The notes beneath the pieces were generated by a model that was not told the DNA's origin, ran no database searches, and saw only the letters and a list, made by a program, of their open reading frames with translations. Positions 9,438 to 18,633 of a stretch of 64,000 bases of DNA are shown in pieces. The stretch comes from Alphaproteobacteria bacterium (GTDB lineage: Bacteria; Pseudomonadota; Alphaproteobacteria; GCA-2731375): NCBI GenBank assembly GCA_965232515.1, contig CBDDPY010000002.1, forward strand, positions 5,280,001 to 5,344,000. Reading direction: 5' to 3'. Position 1 is the first letter of the stretch; every line of letters begins with the position of its first letter. The position numbers and the translations under genes were made by a program.

Positions 9438-9592
9438 TCCACCGGATCAAAGATGTGCAGGAATGGCTGAATGTGGCGGCAGCATTGGGACTGACCATCA
9501 GGCTCCGATCGGCACCGGATCGGCTAGCTGTGTCATATCTGTGTCATGGATTTTACTCGGGCGTGGAAACTTCTCATAACCCTTTGAAATAA

Positions 9593-9637
9593 TGGCGACG
9601 ATGAGAAGATTCGAACTTCCGACCTACGCATTACGAA
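9593..9637 (-). pseudogene. 3' half of tRNA-Thr(CGT): att-site fragment
   Basis: Reverse complement reads TTCGTAA TGCGT AGGTC GGAAG TTCGAAT CTTCT CATCGTC GCCA (anticodon loop to CCA); no 5' half; 200 bp upstream of Int2. Confidence 0.75.
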
Positions 9638-9837
9638 CGTTGTCCGGCTGATTTTCAATAATTAAATAAATCAACAAGTTAAAAGTTCCTGACGCACTGC
9701 TCTAATAAGCAATATTGTATACTTTGAAGCATTTTTGGATTTTACTGTATCATAACTGTGTCACGGGTTATATTCAGAATGCCGCACGAACAAAAACATA
9801 TAAGACGATGAATACAAAATAAACGAAGATTTGACGC

Positions 9838-11160
9838 ATGGCAAATATTAGAAAGCACGTTGGGAAGAACGGAGAGGTTAGTTACAAGGTTCAGATTCGC
9901 ATGGCCGGTACCAAGCCGAGATATGCGAGTTTCAGGAGGCTGTCGGACGCAAAAGAATGGGCGCGGGAGGAAGAGACGAAGCTCCAGCGTCGTCGTGGCG
10001 GGTTGCAGCCGCAGGACCGCCATACGCTTGCCGAAGCCATCGATAAGTTCATTGCAGAGGAGATGGCGCGGCGGCCGGAGCGCGACCAGTACTGGTTCAA
10101 GTGCGGCCTTGCATGGTGGCGCAGGGAGCTTGGCCCGATGCAGTTGCGCTCGATTACACCGGCTGACCTCGAGCGCGGGCGGGATATGTTGGCGCGAGAG
10201 CCGAAGATCAAGCCAAACGGAAAGCCGTATGACGATCTGCGTCCGCGGGCACCTGCGACGGTAAAGCGCTACATGGCCATGCTGTCGATCGTGTTTACGA
10301 CGGCGGTGAAGAAGTGGGATGGCTGGCTCGAAGACAATCCGATGGCGCGCGCGGAGAAGCCGAAGCTTGAAAACGAGCGGTGTCGCTGCCTGTCTGGCTA
10401 TCTCTATCATTTTCCCGGTGATAACGAGCCCCGGCATTGGGACGATCTAACAACGGAGGAGAAGAGACGGGTTCCGCACGATGCATACGAGCTACCGCGC
10501 CTGCTGGAGGCGTGCCGCAAGCAGGTCGTGGAGGCTTCCAGGAAAGATGCGGCCCAGGCGTACCGGGCCTTCGGCTATCACCCGGAATGGCTTTACAGCC
10601 TGATCGTTCTGCGGGTTTCCACGGGGCTGCGATCAGGAGAGGCTGAGGGCCTTCGGTGGTCGAACGTGGACCTTTTTCTGTCAAGCAATCAGGGCCGGGC
10701 GACGATCGGTAAGACCAAGAACGGTGATCCCATTACGGTGCCGCTGGTGGGCGAAGCGTTGCGCGTGCTGCGTGAGATGCACCAGACGCGCCGCCTTGAT
10801 TGTAACTGGATCTTCCCGAGGAAGGACCGGCAGAAGCCCATCGACTTCCGCAAGCGCTTTGCGCGGGCAATCGCGGACGCGGGCATAGAGGACTTTCGCC
10901 CGCACGATCTGCGCCATACGGCTGGTTCCTACTTTGCGATGGCGGGCGGCTCGCTGCCGGAGATCATGGCGGCGCTCAACCATAAGACTCCGCAGGTGAC
11001 GAAGCGCTATATGCACTTTGCCCAGGCGCATACGGCGGGGCTGGTGTCGCTGATGAACGAGGCGGTGTTTGGCGGACGTGGATCGGTCAGCCGATTTGAG
11101 CAGACAGCCGCCAATGACAATGACAGTGATGACGAAGAGCCGGCTCGCTCTTCTGCCTGA
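9838..11160 (+). CDS. Tyrosine recombinase/integrase (Int2)
   Basis: TGLRSGE, KTKNG, HDLRH, LNHK and KRY catalytic motifs. Confidence 0.92.
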   Translation: MANIRKHVGKNGEVSYKVQIRMAGTKPRYASFRRLSDAKEWAREEETKLQRRRGGLQPQDRHTLAEAIDKFIAEEMARRPERDQYWFKCGLAWWRRELGPMQLRSITPADLERGRDMLAREPKIKPNGKPYDDLRPRAPATVKRYMAMLSIVFTTAVKKWDGWLEDNPMARAEKPKLENERCRCLSGYLYHFPGDNEPRHWDDLTTEEKRRVPHDAYELPRLLEACRKQVVEASRKDAAQAYRAFGYHPEWLYSLIVLRVSTGLRSGEAEGLRWSNVDLFLSSNQGRATIGKTKNGDPITVPLVGEALRVLREMHQTRRLDCNWIFPRKDRQKPIDFRKRFARAIADAGIEDFRPHDLRHTAGSYFAMAGGSLPEIMAALNHKTPQVTKRYMHFAQAHTAGLVSLMNEAVFGGRGSVSRFEQTAANDNDSDDEEPARSSA

Positions 11161-11226
11161 AGGTTGGCTTTTGCGCATTAGGTTTCCCGGCAGACATATT
11201 GAGCGGTGCCGGGCAAATCTTGGTCA

Positions 11227-11328
11227 TATACGCAAAAGCGCATAAACCATCCTTATACGGCTAAGCGCATAAAATTTCTCAATACGCATTAGCGTATATT
11301 GACATACATACTAAATACCGTATATTTT
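11227..11328 (+). promoter_or_regulatory. hipBA promoter with four 18-bp palindromic operators
   Basis: TATACG-N6-CGYATA-like boxes at 11227, 11254, 11281 and 11307; TTGACA at 11299-11304 with an AT-rich -10 near 11321-11328. Confidence 0.75.
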
Positions 11329-11349
11329 GAATTTAGGAGGAAGCCAAAC

Positions 11350-11601
11350 TTGGAACAGATTGCACGAAACCCGAAGCAGCTTGGCGCGGCGCTACGTCGG
11401 CGACGCAAGTCCCTTGGCCTGATGCAGGCCGGTCTCGGGGAGAAGACGAGCCATCGACAGGCCACGATCTCCGGTCTCGAGACTGGGGAGGCGCATGCGC
11501 GCCTTACGACCCTGTTTGATGTGTTGAGAGAGCTGGAGCTGGAGTTGGTGCTGCGGCCGCGGACGAAGGCGTCTTCAGACGATATCGAGGAACTGTTTTA
11601 A
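11350..11601 (+). CDS. hipB: HipB-like HTH antitoxin
   Basis: XRE HTH (QLGAALRRRRKSLGLMQ...QATISGLETG); start placed at TTG 11350 after the AGGAGG RBS; stop overlaps hipA. Confidence 0.85.
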   Translation: MEQIARNPKQLGAALRRRRKSLGLMQAGLGEKTSHRQATISGLETGEAHARLTTLFDVLRELELELVLRPRTKASSDDIEELF

Positions 11602-12941
11602 TGCCGCGTCGGCGGACCCGCATACCTCTGAGCGTCCATTTGAACGGCCGACTGGTCGGTGTGCTCAGGCGGCAAACGAGTGGCGCGATCGATTTTCAGT
11701 ATGACGCCGAGTGGCTGGGGTGGCCGCATGCCATCCCTGTTTCGCTGTCTCTGCCGCTGCGTGAGGATCGGTATATTGGCGACCCGGTTATTGCGGTGTT
11801 CGAGAACCTGCTGCCGGACAATGACGCGATCCGCCGCAGCCTGGCTGAACGGGTCGGCGCCGAGGGAACGGACGCCTATAGTCTGCTGAGCGCCATTGGA
11901 CGTGATTGTGTGGGTGCGCTTCAGTTTGTCCCGGAAGGACATGATCCCGGCCCGGTCGGTGAGATTGCCGGCACGCCGGTGGGGGATGACGATATCTCCG
12001 CGATCCTCGCGGATTTGCAGCGCACACCTTTGGGCGTGGTCCCTGAGAGGGACTTCCGTATCTCCATTGCGGGTGCGCAGGAAAAGACGGCGCTGCTTCA
12101 TCTCAATGGGCAGTGGCACATTCCGGTCGGCGCGACGGCGACGACGCACATACTTAAGCCGGAGATCGGCAGGCTGCGAAACGGGCTCGACCTTTCGCTG
12201 AGCGTTGAGAACGAGCATTTGTGCATGCAGCTTGCGGCGGCATTTGGCTTGCCGTGCGCTGCCACCGAGATGGCGCAGTTTGCCGGGCGCAAGGCGCTTG
12301 TGGTCGAGCGGTTTGATCGCCGGTGGACAGGTGATGACCGCCTGTTGCGACTGCCGCAGGAAGATTGCTGCCAGGCACTCTCGGTGCCGCCGGGGCTGAA
12401 GTACGAGCCGGATGACGGACCGGGCATGAGACAGATTCTCGACCTGCTGGCGGCATCCGACGACCCGGCTGGGGACCGGATCGCCTTTGTGAAGGCGCAG
12501 ATCGTCTTCTGGCTCTTGGGTGCTACGGACGGGCACGCCAAGAACTTCAGCATTCATCTGTTTCCGGGAGGGCGCTTCAGGCTGACGCCGTTGTACGACG
12601 TCATGTCTGCGCAGCCGAATGTCGATGCCGGCCAGATACGCTGGAACGAGATGAAGATGGCGATGGCTGTCGGCACGAACCGTCACTACGTGTTTCGCAC
12701 GATCCTGCCGCGACACTTTGCTCAAACGGCCGAGGCAGTTGGCCTTGGGGCTGATGCGGTGGACGGCATATTCGATGAGCTGAGAGAAACGGTCCCCGAC
12801 GCAATCGAAAGGACGTTGGTCGCGCTGCCACCTGACTTCCCGGCAGAACTGGCAGACAGCATCTGCGTGGGCGTGCGCACGCGGCTAAACCTGTGCACTG
12901 CTGAGGCGGAGAATGCGGCACCGGCGGCAAGGGACGCCTGA
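11601..12941 (+). CDS. hipA: HipA serine/threonine kinase toxin
   Basis: FENLLPD, ISIAGAQEKTAL, THILKP, RLPQEDCCQAL, DGHAKNFS and LTPLYD. Confidence 0.95.
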   Translation: MPRRRTRIPLSVHLNGRLVGVLRRQTSGAIDFQYDAEWLGWPHAIPVSLSLPLREDRYIGDPVIAVFENLLPDNDAIRRSLAERVGAEGTDAYSLLSAIGRDCVGALQFVPEGHDPGPVGEIAGTPVGDDDISAILADLQRTPLGVVPERDFRISIAGAQEKTALLHLNGQWHIPVGATATTHILKPEIGRLRNGLDLSLSVENEHLCMQLAAAFGLPCAATEMAQFAGRKALVVERFDRRWTGDDRLLRLPQEDCCQALSVPPGLKYEPDDGPGMRQILDLLAASDDPAGDRIAFVKAQIVFWLLGATDGHAKNFSIHLFPGGRFRLTPLYDVMSAQPNVDAGQIRWNEMKMAMAVGTNRHYVFRTILPRHFAQTAEAVGLGADAVDGIFDELRETVPDAIERTLVALPPDFPAELADSICVGVRTRLNLCTAEAENAAPAARDA

Positions 12942-13102
12942 TTGCCCAGGGTGAATGATGTCGCTGGTTTCGCTTTCGGTAAGGAGGCTGCATCAGTATA
13001 CACGCGGAGATCAGCGGTTCTAATCTCCGCAAATTTCGTGAGCAAAGCCTGACTGGTTGCTGAAACAAAAAAAAGCCGTCCATGAGGACGGCTGAACGTT
13101 CA

Positions 13103-13339
13103 TCAGCGTTGGGCATTGCCCAGTGTGGTCATGGCCAGGGCGGCGCATCCCTCGGGATCGCCGCAGCGGCCCTGGGCGATGTAGCCCATCAGGGTCGAAA
13201 GGAAGTAGTGGTGCTCCATCAACGCATCGCTGTCGCGGAGACCACCTTGCTTTTCAACGTAGTCATTGAGCTTATTCGGCTCATTCCTGACCCAGGCTCT
13301 GTCGATCTTCGGCTCAGTGTACTGAATGTCAAACGGCAT
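13103..13339 (-). CDS. Small hypothetical protein
   Basis: 78 aa ORF with a GGAG RBS, downstream of the HEPN-like ORF. Confidence 0.45.
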   Translation of the reverse strand: MPFDIQYTEPKIDRAWVRNEPNKLNDYVEKQGGLRDSDALMEHHYFLSTLMGYIAQGRCGDPEGCAALAMTTLGNAQR

Positions 13340-13400
13340 ATTCTTTCTCCGTGGAAAGTATACATGCCGTTTTGTATCACAAATATTGATAAATATCAAA

Positions 13401-14087
13401 TTATCGTTGAATATACTCCAATATTTCTTTGTCTAAATCAGTTAATATCATTTGGCAATCAAGTATTTGTCGGGTTCTTGTTTCTAATGGCTCTATGGGT
13501 GATGCGAGGTGGTCGAGGACAAAGGTCTCATCCAGAACGACCACGGCGTTCTGCGACGTATCAAAGCCGATTGCCAAGCCGAGCGGGTTGGCGTGGCGAA
13601 CATCTTCGGGGAAGATGATTTGCGTTTGCTCCTGCGCGCCCGCCTCCCAGCGGTGAAACCTTGCCGACCTGTCGATTCTTTCTTGTATGTACGTGTCAAC
13701 ATACTCGTCAAGATGCGCGAGCCTGTTGCGCGCTGTCCGGTCGGCAAACCTCTCCACCGCGAAATCGATGTCCAGGGCGAACTTCAGGAGGGCCGCGCGA
13801 AATTTGCCGAAATCGCCGGCCCTGCGCTGCGGGAAGAGAGTTGTCGAGATCTGGGCGAAGTTTTGCAGAAAGGCATAAAGGGCGTCGAAAAAATCATGCC
13901 GCCGCTCAAAGCCCTCGGAGATATGAAGATTGATATGGTCGATATTCTTCCGGGCGAGCTGAGCCTGTCGATGTAGCTCAAAGATATGGACGATCATCCC
14001 CTGTGAATACAGGCGATGAATACGTGACGAGTCGCGCGGTACAAACTGAGGGTACGAGTCTAGTATCGTGCGCAGTCTATCGTTCAC
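13401..14087 (-). CDS. Hypothetical helical protein with a HEPN-like Rx4H motif
   Basis: 228 aa with RNRLAH motif; lower GC than neighbours. Confidence 0.55.
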   Translation of the reverse strand: MNDRLRTILDSYPQFVPRDSSRIHRLYSQGMIVHIFELHRQAQLARKNIDHINLHISEGFERRHDFFDALYAFLQNFAQISTTLFPQRRAGDFGKFRAALLKFALDIDFAVERFADRTARNRLAHLDEYVDTYIQERIDRSARFHRWEAGAQEQTQIIFPEDVRHANPLGLAIGFDTSQNAVVVLDETFVLDHLASPIEPLETRTRQILDCQMILTDLDKEILEYIQR

Positions 14088-14444
14088 ACTAACGCCTCAA
14101 AAAAAGTCGAAACCCGCCCAAGGCGACTGACGATGTGAGCCTGCGTCAAGCCCTTTCGCGGGGAACCGCCTGCACAAGTCCGGCTGGGCCGGACGCGGAA
14201 GGCGGGCGGAAAGGGCTTGACGCCTCTTCTGACAAGCACCCTCCCAAACGGGGTGCGGCCTGCCTGCACCCCTGCCCAGCGGCGAGCGCCAACGCTTTAA
14301 GGAACCAGCGCGCCCGCGGTGATCCTTAGAGCGTTACCTAAAAAGGACTGCGGGCGCAGGCCGATTGTAAGACGAATAACACCCCGACGTCTAATGCTTC
14401 TCTCCATAAATATTCAGAGCGTTACTGAATAAGGGGACAAAGCC

Positions 14445-14900
14445 ATGACAAATACCGCTTCCATTGACTACAGATACTTGCAAATCGTTGACCAGATCAT
14501 CGAGCGTGCACCGGCACTCACACGCGGCGGCATGCGCTACTGGATCTTCCGGGCGAGGAAGAATGGGCTTGAGAAGGCCCTCGTGAAGATCGACCGCAAC
14601 GTCTTCATCGACACCCGTGCCTTCAACAAATGGCTCGCCGAAGGCAAGGCCACACCGTGCGACTACCGAAACCTGCGCACCATCAAGCAGATTCTCCAGA
14701 CGTCACACTTCAAGGAGAGCAAGCTGCGCTACTGGCTCCAGCACGCTCACGAAAACGGTCTTGAAGAAGCGATCATTCGCAAGAACCCGAAGAAGCTGCT
14801 GATCGACATTGTCGCCTTCAACGACTGGCTGTTTCAGCAGAACACCAACGCACACTACACAACAGCCAACGGCGAACCACGACCCGCCAGCGCCGGCTAA
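14445..14900 (+). CDS. Excisionase/MerR-like DNA-binding protein with an internally duplicated domain
   Basis: Two repeats of RYW...NGLE.A......ID..AFN.WL. Confidence 0.6.
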   Translation: MTNTASIDYRYLQIVDQIIERAPALTRGGMRYWIFRARKNGLEKALVKIDRNVFIDTRAFNKWLAEGKATPCDYRNLRTIKQILQTSHFKESKLRYWLQHAHENGLEEAIIRKNPKKLLIDIVAFNDWLFQQNTNAHYTTANGEPRPASAG

Positions 14901-15003
14901 TTTGTCTCAATTCGAGACATAAGTACATGTAATGTAAGATATTTTTGGCAACGCACCATTTCGCCGACATCCATAAATCCCTGGAGCGTTACCTAAAAGG
15001 GAT

Positions 15004-16533
15004 ATGGATATGTTTTGGTTTAAAGTCGGCGGCTTTACCGCCCCATTACTCGCCTGGTTCTATTTTGCGTATGACAGCAACCTACCTCTTCCGGCCGATG
15101 TAGCACTTCTGGTCTCGGCGGTCGGCTTCATGCTCGGCGGCCTCGCCACGAGCATCTTTCATGAGCTGGAGCGCTGGTACGAGCAGCTGAGCAACGTCCA
15201 CGGCTCGGCCGCATTCGCCACAGCCACACAAATGTGGCGCTTCGGCCTCTTCAAGAGTAGGGGCGTCACCCTCGGCCACTTCACCGGCAGGCCCATCTAC
15301 TTCGACAAGCCCGGCCACTTGCTCACCATTGCCCCGACAAGATCTGGCAAGGGTACCTGCGCCGTCATCCCCAATCTTCTCGAATACCCCGGTTCCACCA
15401 TTACGGTGGACATCAAGGGCGAGAACCACGCCATCTCGGGCAGGCGCCGTGCCAATTTCGGCAAGATCTACCGCTTCGCGCCGTTTGAGACCTACAGCGA
15501 GCGGTTTAACCCGCTGGACATTATCTGCAGGGACGAAGACGCCTGGGATGACGCGGCCCTGATCGCAGATATGCTGATCGTCCCATCCGGCTCGGCAAAG
15601 TCAGTTTTCTTTGAAGCCGAAGCCAAGGCCCTGCTCACCGGTGTCATTCTCTATGTGGCAACGGAGATGCCGTACAAGCACTGCAATCTTTGCCATGTGC
15701 GCCACCTCATCACACTGGGCGGGGATGCCTTCGATGCCTTCCTCGCCAAAATGAGCAAGGCCGACCATCCCCTTGTCCGCCGCACGGCCATCGCGTTTGC
15801 CCAGAAGGAGCCGAAGCTGCAATCGAGCATAATGGCGGAAGCCCAAAGCCATACGCTGATCTTCGACAGCGAGCGGGTTGCCCGCCTCACCAGCTGCTCG
15901 GACTTCACGCTCAACGAACTGAAACAAAAGCCGACATCATTGTTCCTGATCATCCCGCCGGAGCACCTGAGCGTCTACCGTCCGCTGCTGAGGCTGATGC
16001 TGGGCCTGTCGGTCAATGCTATGACCCGCACAAAGGTCCGACCGGATGACGACGTTCTGTTCCTCGTGGACGAGTTTCCGGCCCTTGGGCCTATGACCCC
16101 GCTACAGGAAGGCCTGGCCTACCTTGCCGGCTACGGCGTGAAGATTTGGCTGTTTGCTCAGGACCTCGGCCAGATCGATACGGTCTACGGCCGCAGCGCC
16201 GCCCGTTCCATCGTCGCCAACACCAACCTCCAGACCTTCAGCAACATGGATAATGAGACGCTGGAGATGATCTCGAGCATGCTGGGTAAAGCAACGGTTC
16301 GCACCCACCACAAGAGCAAGACGCGGCACTCGTTCATGCTGCCCGACTACGACAACTTCAACGTCTCCGACGGTGAAACCGGCCGCCCGCTGCTCACCCC
16401 CGATGAAATCCGCTGCCTTGGCAACGACCGCCAGCTCCTGTTCATCCAGGGCCTGCGTCCGATCCTCGCCGGCAAGCGCCCGTACTACACCCAGCGCCGT
16501 CACCGCACGCTGTGGGACAAGTGGCTCGGCTGA
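15004..16533 (+). CDS. VirD4/TraG-like type IV coupling protein (copy 1)
   Basis: Two N-terminal TM segments, HGSA.FA, APTRSGKG, DIKGEN, FNPLD, LVDEFPALG, QDLGQI and GRPLLTPDEI. Confidence 0.92.
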   Translation: MDMFWFKVGGFTAPLLAWFYFAYDSNLPLPADVALLVSAVGFMLGGLATSIFHELERWYEQLSNVHGSAAFATATQMWRFGLFKSRGVTLGHFTGRPIYFDKPGHLLTIAPTRSGKGTCAVIPNLLEYPGSTITVDIKGENHAISGRRRANFGKIYRFAPFETYSERFNPLDIICRDEDAWDDAALIADMLIVPSGSAKSVFFEAEAKALLTGVILYVATEMPYKHCNLCHVRHLITLGGDAFDAFLAKMSKADHPLVRRTAIAFAQKEPKLQSSIMAEAQSHTLIFDSERVARLTSCSDFTLNELKQKPTSLFLIIPPEHLSVYRPLLRLMLGLSVNAMTRTKVRPDDDVLFLVDEFPALGPMTPLQEGLAYLAGYGVKIWLFAQDLGQIDTVYGRSAARSIVANTNLQTFSNMDNETLEMISSMLGKATVRTHHKSKTRHSFMLPDYDNFNVSDGETGRPLLTPDEIRCLGNDRQLLFIQGLRPILAGKRPYYTQRRHRTLWDKWLG

Positions 16534-16578
16534 AGGGGTGTCAGGAAGACGCCGATAAAACTTTCGTGCCCGCCCATA

Positions 16579-17925
16579 TCAGCGATCGGAATGCTCATCG
16601 CTCCGACTTCGAGAACGCGCGCGCTTCCAGCTCCTTGTCAGGTCGTCCTTCTGCGCGTTTGAAAGCGAACTCCGCTGGATATCAAACGGACGCACATCTC
16701 TTAGCGCTTGCTCGTGTGACCGGCGAACCTGCTCCCGCGTCTTTTCCGCCCGCAATCTCCCCAGCCGGCTTTTCAGATTCCGGTACCTGATTGCGGCCCG
16801 CTGAACCTTGCGCGACTGTCGGTCCGCAGCCTGCCGCTGCCTCTGGAACTGCTGTGCACCTGATTCGAGACGAAGCAGCTGATACGCCAGATAGACTTCG
16901 ATGCGCGGCACCGGTCCATTGATCCGCCGTATCATCTCAAGCGTCTCGCGCACATGCCTGCGCTGGTCTGCAAGTGACCGCGCCGTGCGCTGTAACCGAT
17001 CCTTATCTCTGCGAGCCCGCTGGCTCAGCTTGCCAAGTTCCTTGCCGGCATCCCGTGCACTCGACCAGGCCTGGGCAAGCTGCCGGTGATGAAGATGCAC
17101 TTCGACCAGCCGCGTGACCCGCGCACCTGAGTCCCGTCTGACCTTGTTGACCCATGCGATCTGCTGATTGCGCTGCGCCCTGGTACGACCCTGATCGGTC
17201 TTTTGGTAGTTGACCCGCCGCGCCTTGTTGTTCCAGCTGCGCCGGATAGCCTTGCCGGACCCCGGCTCATACCCGCGCTCGTGCATCCGGCGTGCCTTCG
17301 GTCCTTCGTGAATCTGCGCAATCTTTTCGATATCGCGGTCACGATAGCTGCGATGGTCCACGCGCACGGCATGCCCGGCGTCGCGAAGCACGTCGTTCTG
17401 ATATCGCGACCATGCCTCGCGCCACTGCCGGACGTTCTTGATCTCGTTCCATTCGCGCACCTTGTTGCCGAAGCCGTCCGGCGTGAGCTTCCGCATGGTC
17501 AGCATGACGTGTGCGTGGACGTTTCTTTTGTCGGTGTGTCCTTCGTGAATCGCGAAGTCGGCTACCATGCCCCGACTGACAAACTGATCGGTCACGTACT
17601 GGCGCAGTAGGGCCAGATTCTGCTCCTGGCTGAGCTGGTGTGGCAGGGCAAGCTCGACTTCGCGGGCAAGCTGGGCACGCGGGTGCTTTTCACAGGCCTC
17701 CACCGTATTCCAGAGCTTGTCTCGGTCGAAGACCCAGTCCGCGGCCCCGTCAGGGGCAAGGATCTGCGTGTGCAACACGCCGTGCCGACGGGAAAAGTCG
17801 CTGTAGCCGCCCTCATATCCGTTTGAGAGCTTTTCCCCGGCACGGTAGGCAGCGGCGGCTACCGCCGAGCGTCCCGCACTTCGTTTAATGATGCGGGTGT
17901 GCGAGTGGTAGTGCCCCTCCTTGAT
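16579..17925 (-). CDS. MobA/MobL (MOBQ) relaxase, copy 1; start uncertain (candidate ATC at 17925)
   Basis: The frame extends 5' of the track ORF as HYHSHTRIIKRSAGRSAVAAAAYRAGEKL (catalytic Tyr motif); AREVELALP, AIH and NVHAHVML (HUH) follow. Confidence 0.85.
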   Translation of the reverse strand: MKEGHYHSHTRIIKRSAGRSAVAAAAYRAGEKLSNGYEGGYSDFSRRHGVLHTQILAPDGAADWVFDRDKLWNTVEACEKHPRAQLAREVELALPHQLSQEQNLALLRQYVTDQFVSRGMVADFAIHEGHTDKRNVHAHVMLTMRKLTPDGFGNKVREWNEIKNVRQWREAWSRYQNDVLRDAGHAVRVDHRSYRDRDIEKIAQIHEGPKARRMHERGYEPGSGKAIRRSWNNKARRVNYQKTDQGRTRAQRNQQIAWVNKVRRDSGARVTRLVEVHLHHRQLAQAWSSARDAGKELGKLSQRARRDKDRLQRTARSLADQRRHVRETLEMIRRINGPVPRIEVYLAYQLLRLESGAQQFQRQRQAADRQSRKVQRAAIRYRNLKSRLGRLRAEKTREQVRRSHEQALRDVRPFDIQRSSLSNAQKDDLTRSWKRARSRSRSDEHSDR

Positions 17926-17952
17926 TGCCGCTGCCTCCTTCCCGGCGCCGCA

Positions 17953-17983
17953 ACAAGTCGCAGACTTGTATCAGTGCGCCGTT
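17953..17983 (+). other. Putative MOBQ oriT 1
   Basis: Hairpin ACAAGTC-GCA-GACTTGT followed by ATCAGTGCGCCGTT, similar to the MOBQ nic consensus TAAGTGCG^CC; directly upstream of relaxase 1. Confidence 0.65.
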
Positions 17984-18586
17984 AAACCCGGTCTGTTTAC
18001 TTATGGAGGCGCGTACAAACTTGTTCGTTTGCACATTTTGACACGGTATTCGATTTTCACGTATTTTTCAATTTGTCAGTAAACTTTCATATTTTTACTG
18101 ACGTTACCAAATATATGCATTCCGCACAGGACAAAAATATTTTCGGAGCGGAATATGCTGAAGAAGTCTCCACCATTCAGATCGGCGCAGCCATCGATCA
18201 TTGGAGCGTCACAACCGCCCCATAAGCATCCGACGCAGCATTTCCTCTGAAGCCCCTTCTACTCCTTTGCTTCACTTCCGAAGCCATCACTTAACCTGAC
18301 ACCTGTCACGTCCTGCCAAGTCCGCTGCCCGCACCGGAAAGGGTTGCGAACGGCATGACAGCTCCTTGCGGTTTCAAAGACCGCTCATGTCCTTCGGGAC
18401 GTTGAAACAAAGGAGATAGAGGTATGAGTCTTTTTAGAGGAACCTGCGGCCTGACCGGCCTGCTCATTCGGGCGGCGGTGATCTGCTTCACCTTCGATGT
18501 CGTTGTCGGCGTCGATACATCGTGGTTCGCATGCAGCTGTCAGCTGCTCGGCAACGAAGAAGCGTCGGCTTCAAGCTGACGCCCGC

Positions 18587-18619
18587 TCAAAACATCCCGC
18601 CCTTCGGGCGGGATTTTGA
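18587..18619. terminator. Hairpin downstream of the yhaN-like gene
   Basis: ATCCCGCCC-TTC-GGGCGGGAT stem flanked by A and T runs. Confidence 0.55.
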
Positions 18620-18633
18620 AGCTCAACTCAACC

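Noticed and set aside
11299-11349. Longer hipB start at 11299
   Set aside because: That TTG is part of the TTGACA -35 box; the RBS supports 11350.
9593-18630. A cleanly nested second island with its own direct repeats
   Set aside because: No partner repeat for the tRNA-Thr fragment was found by eye, so the boundaries of a nested element cannot be supported.
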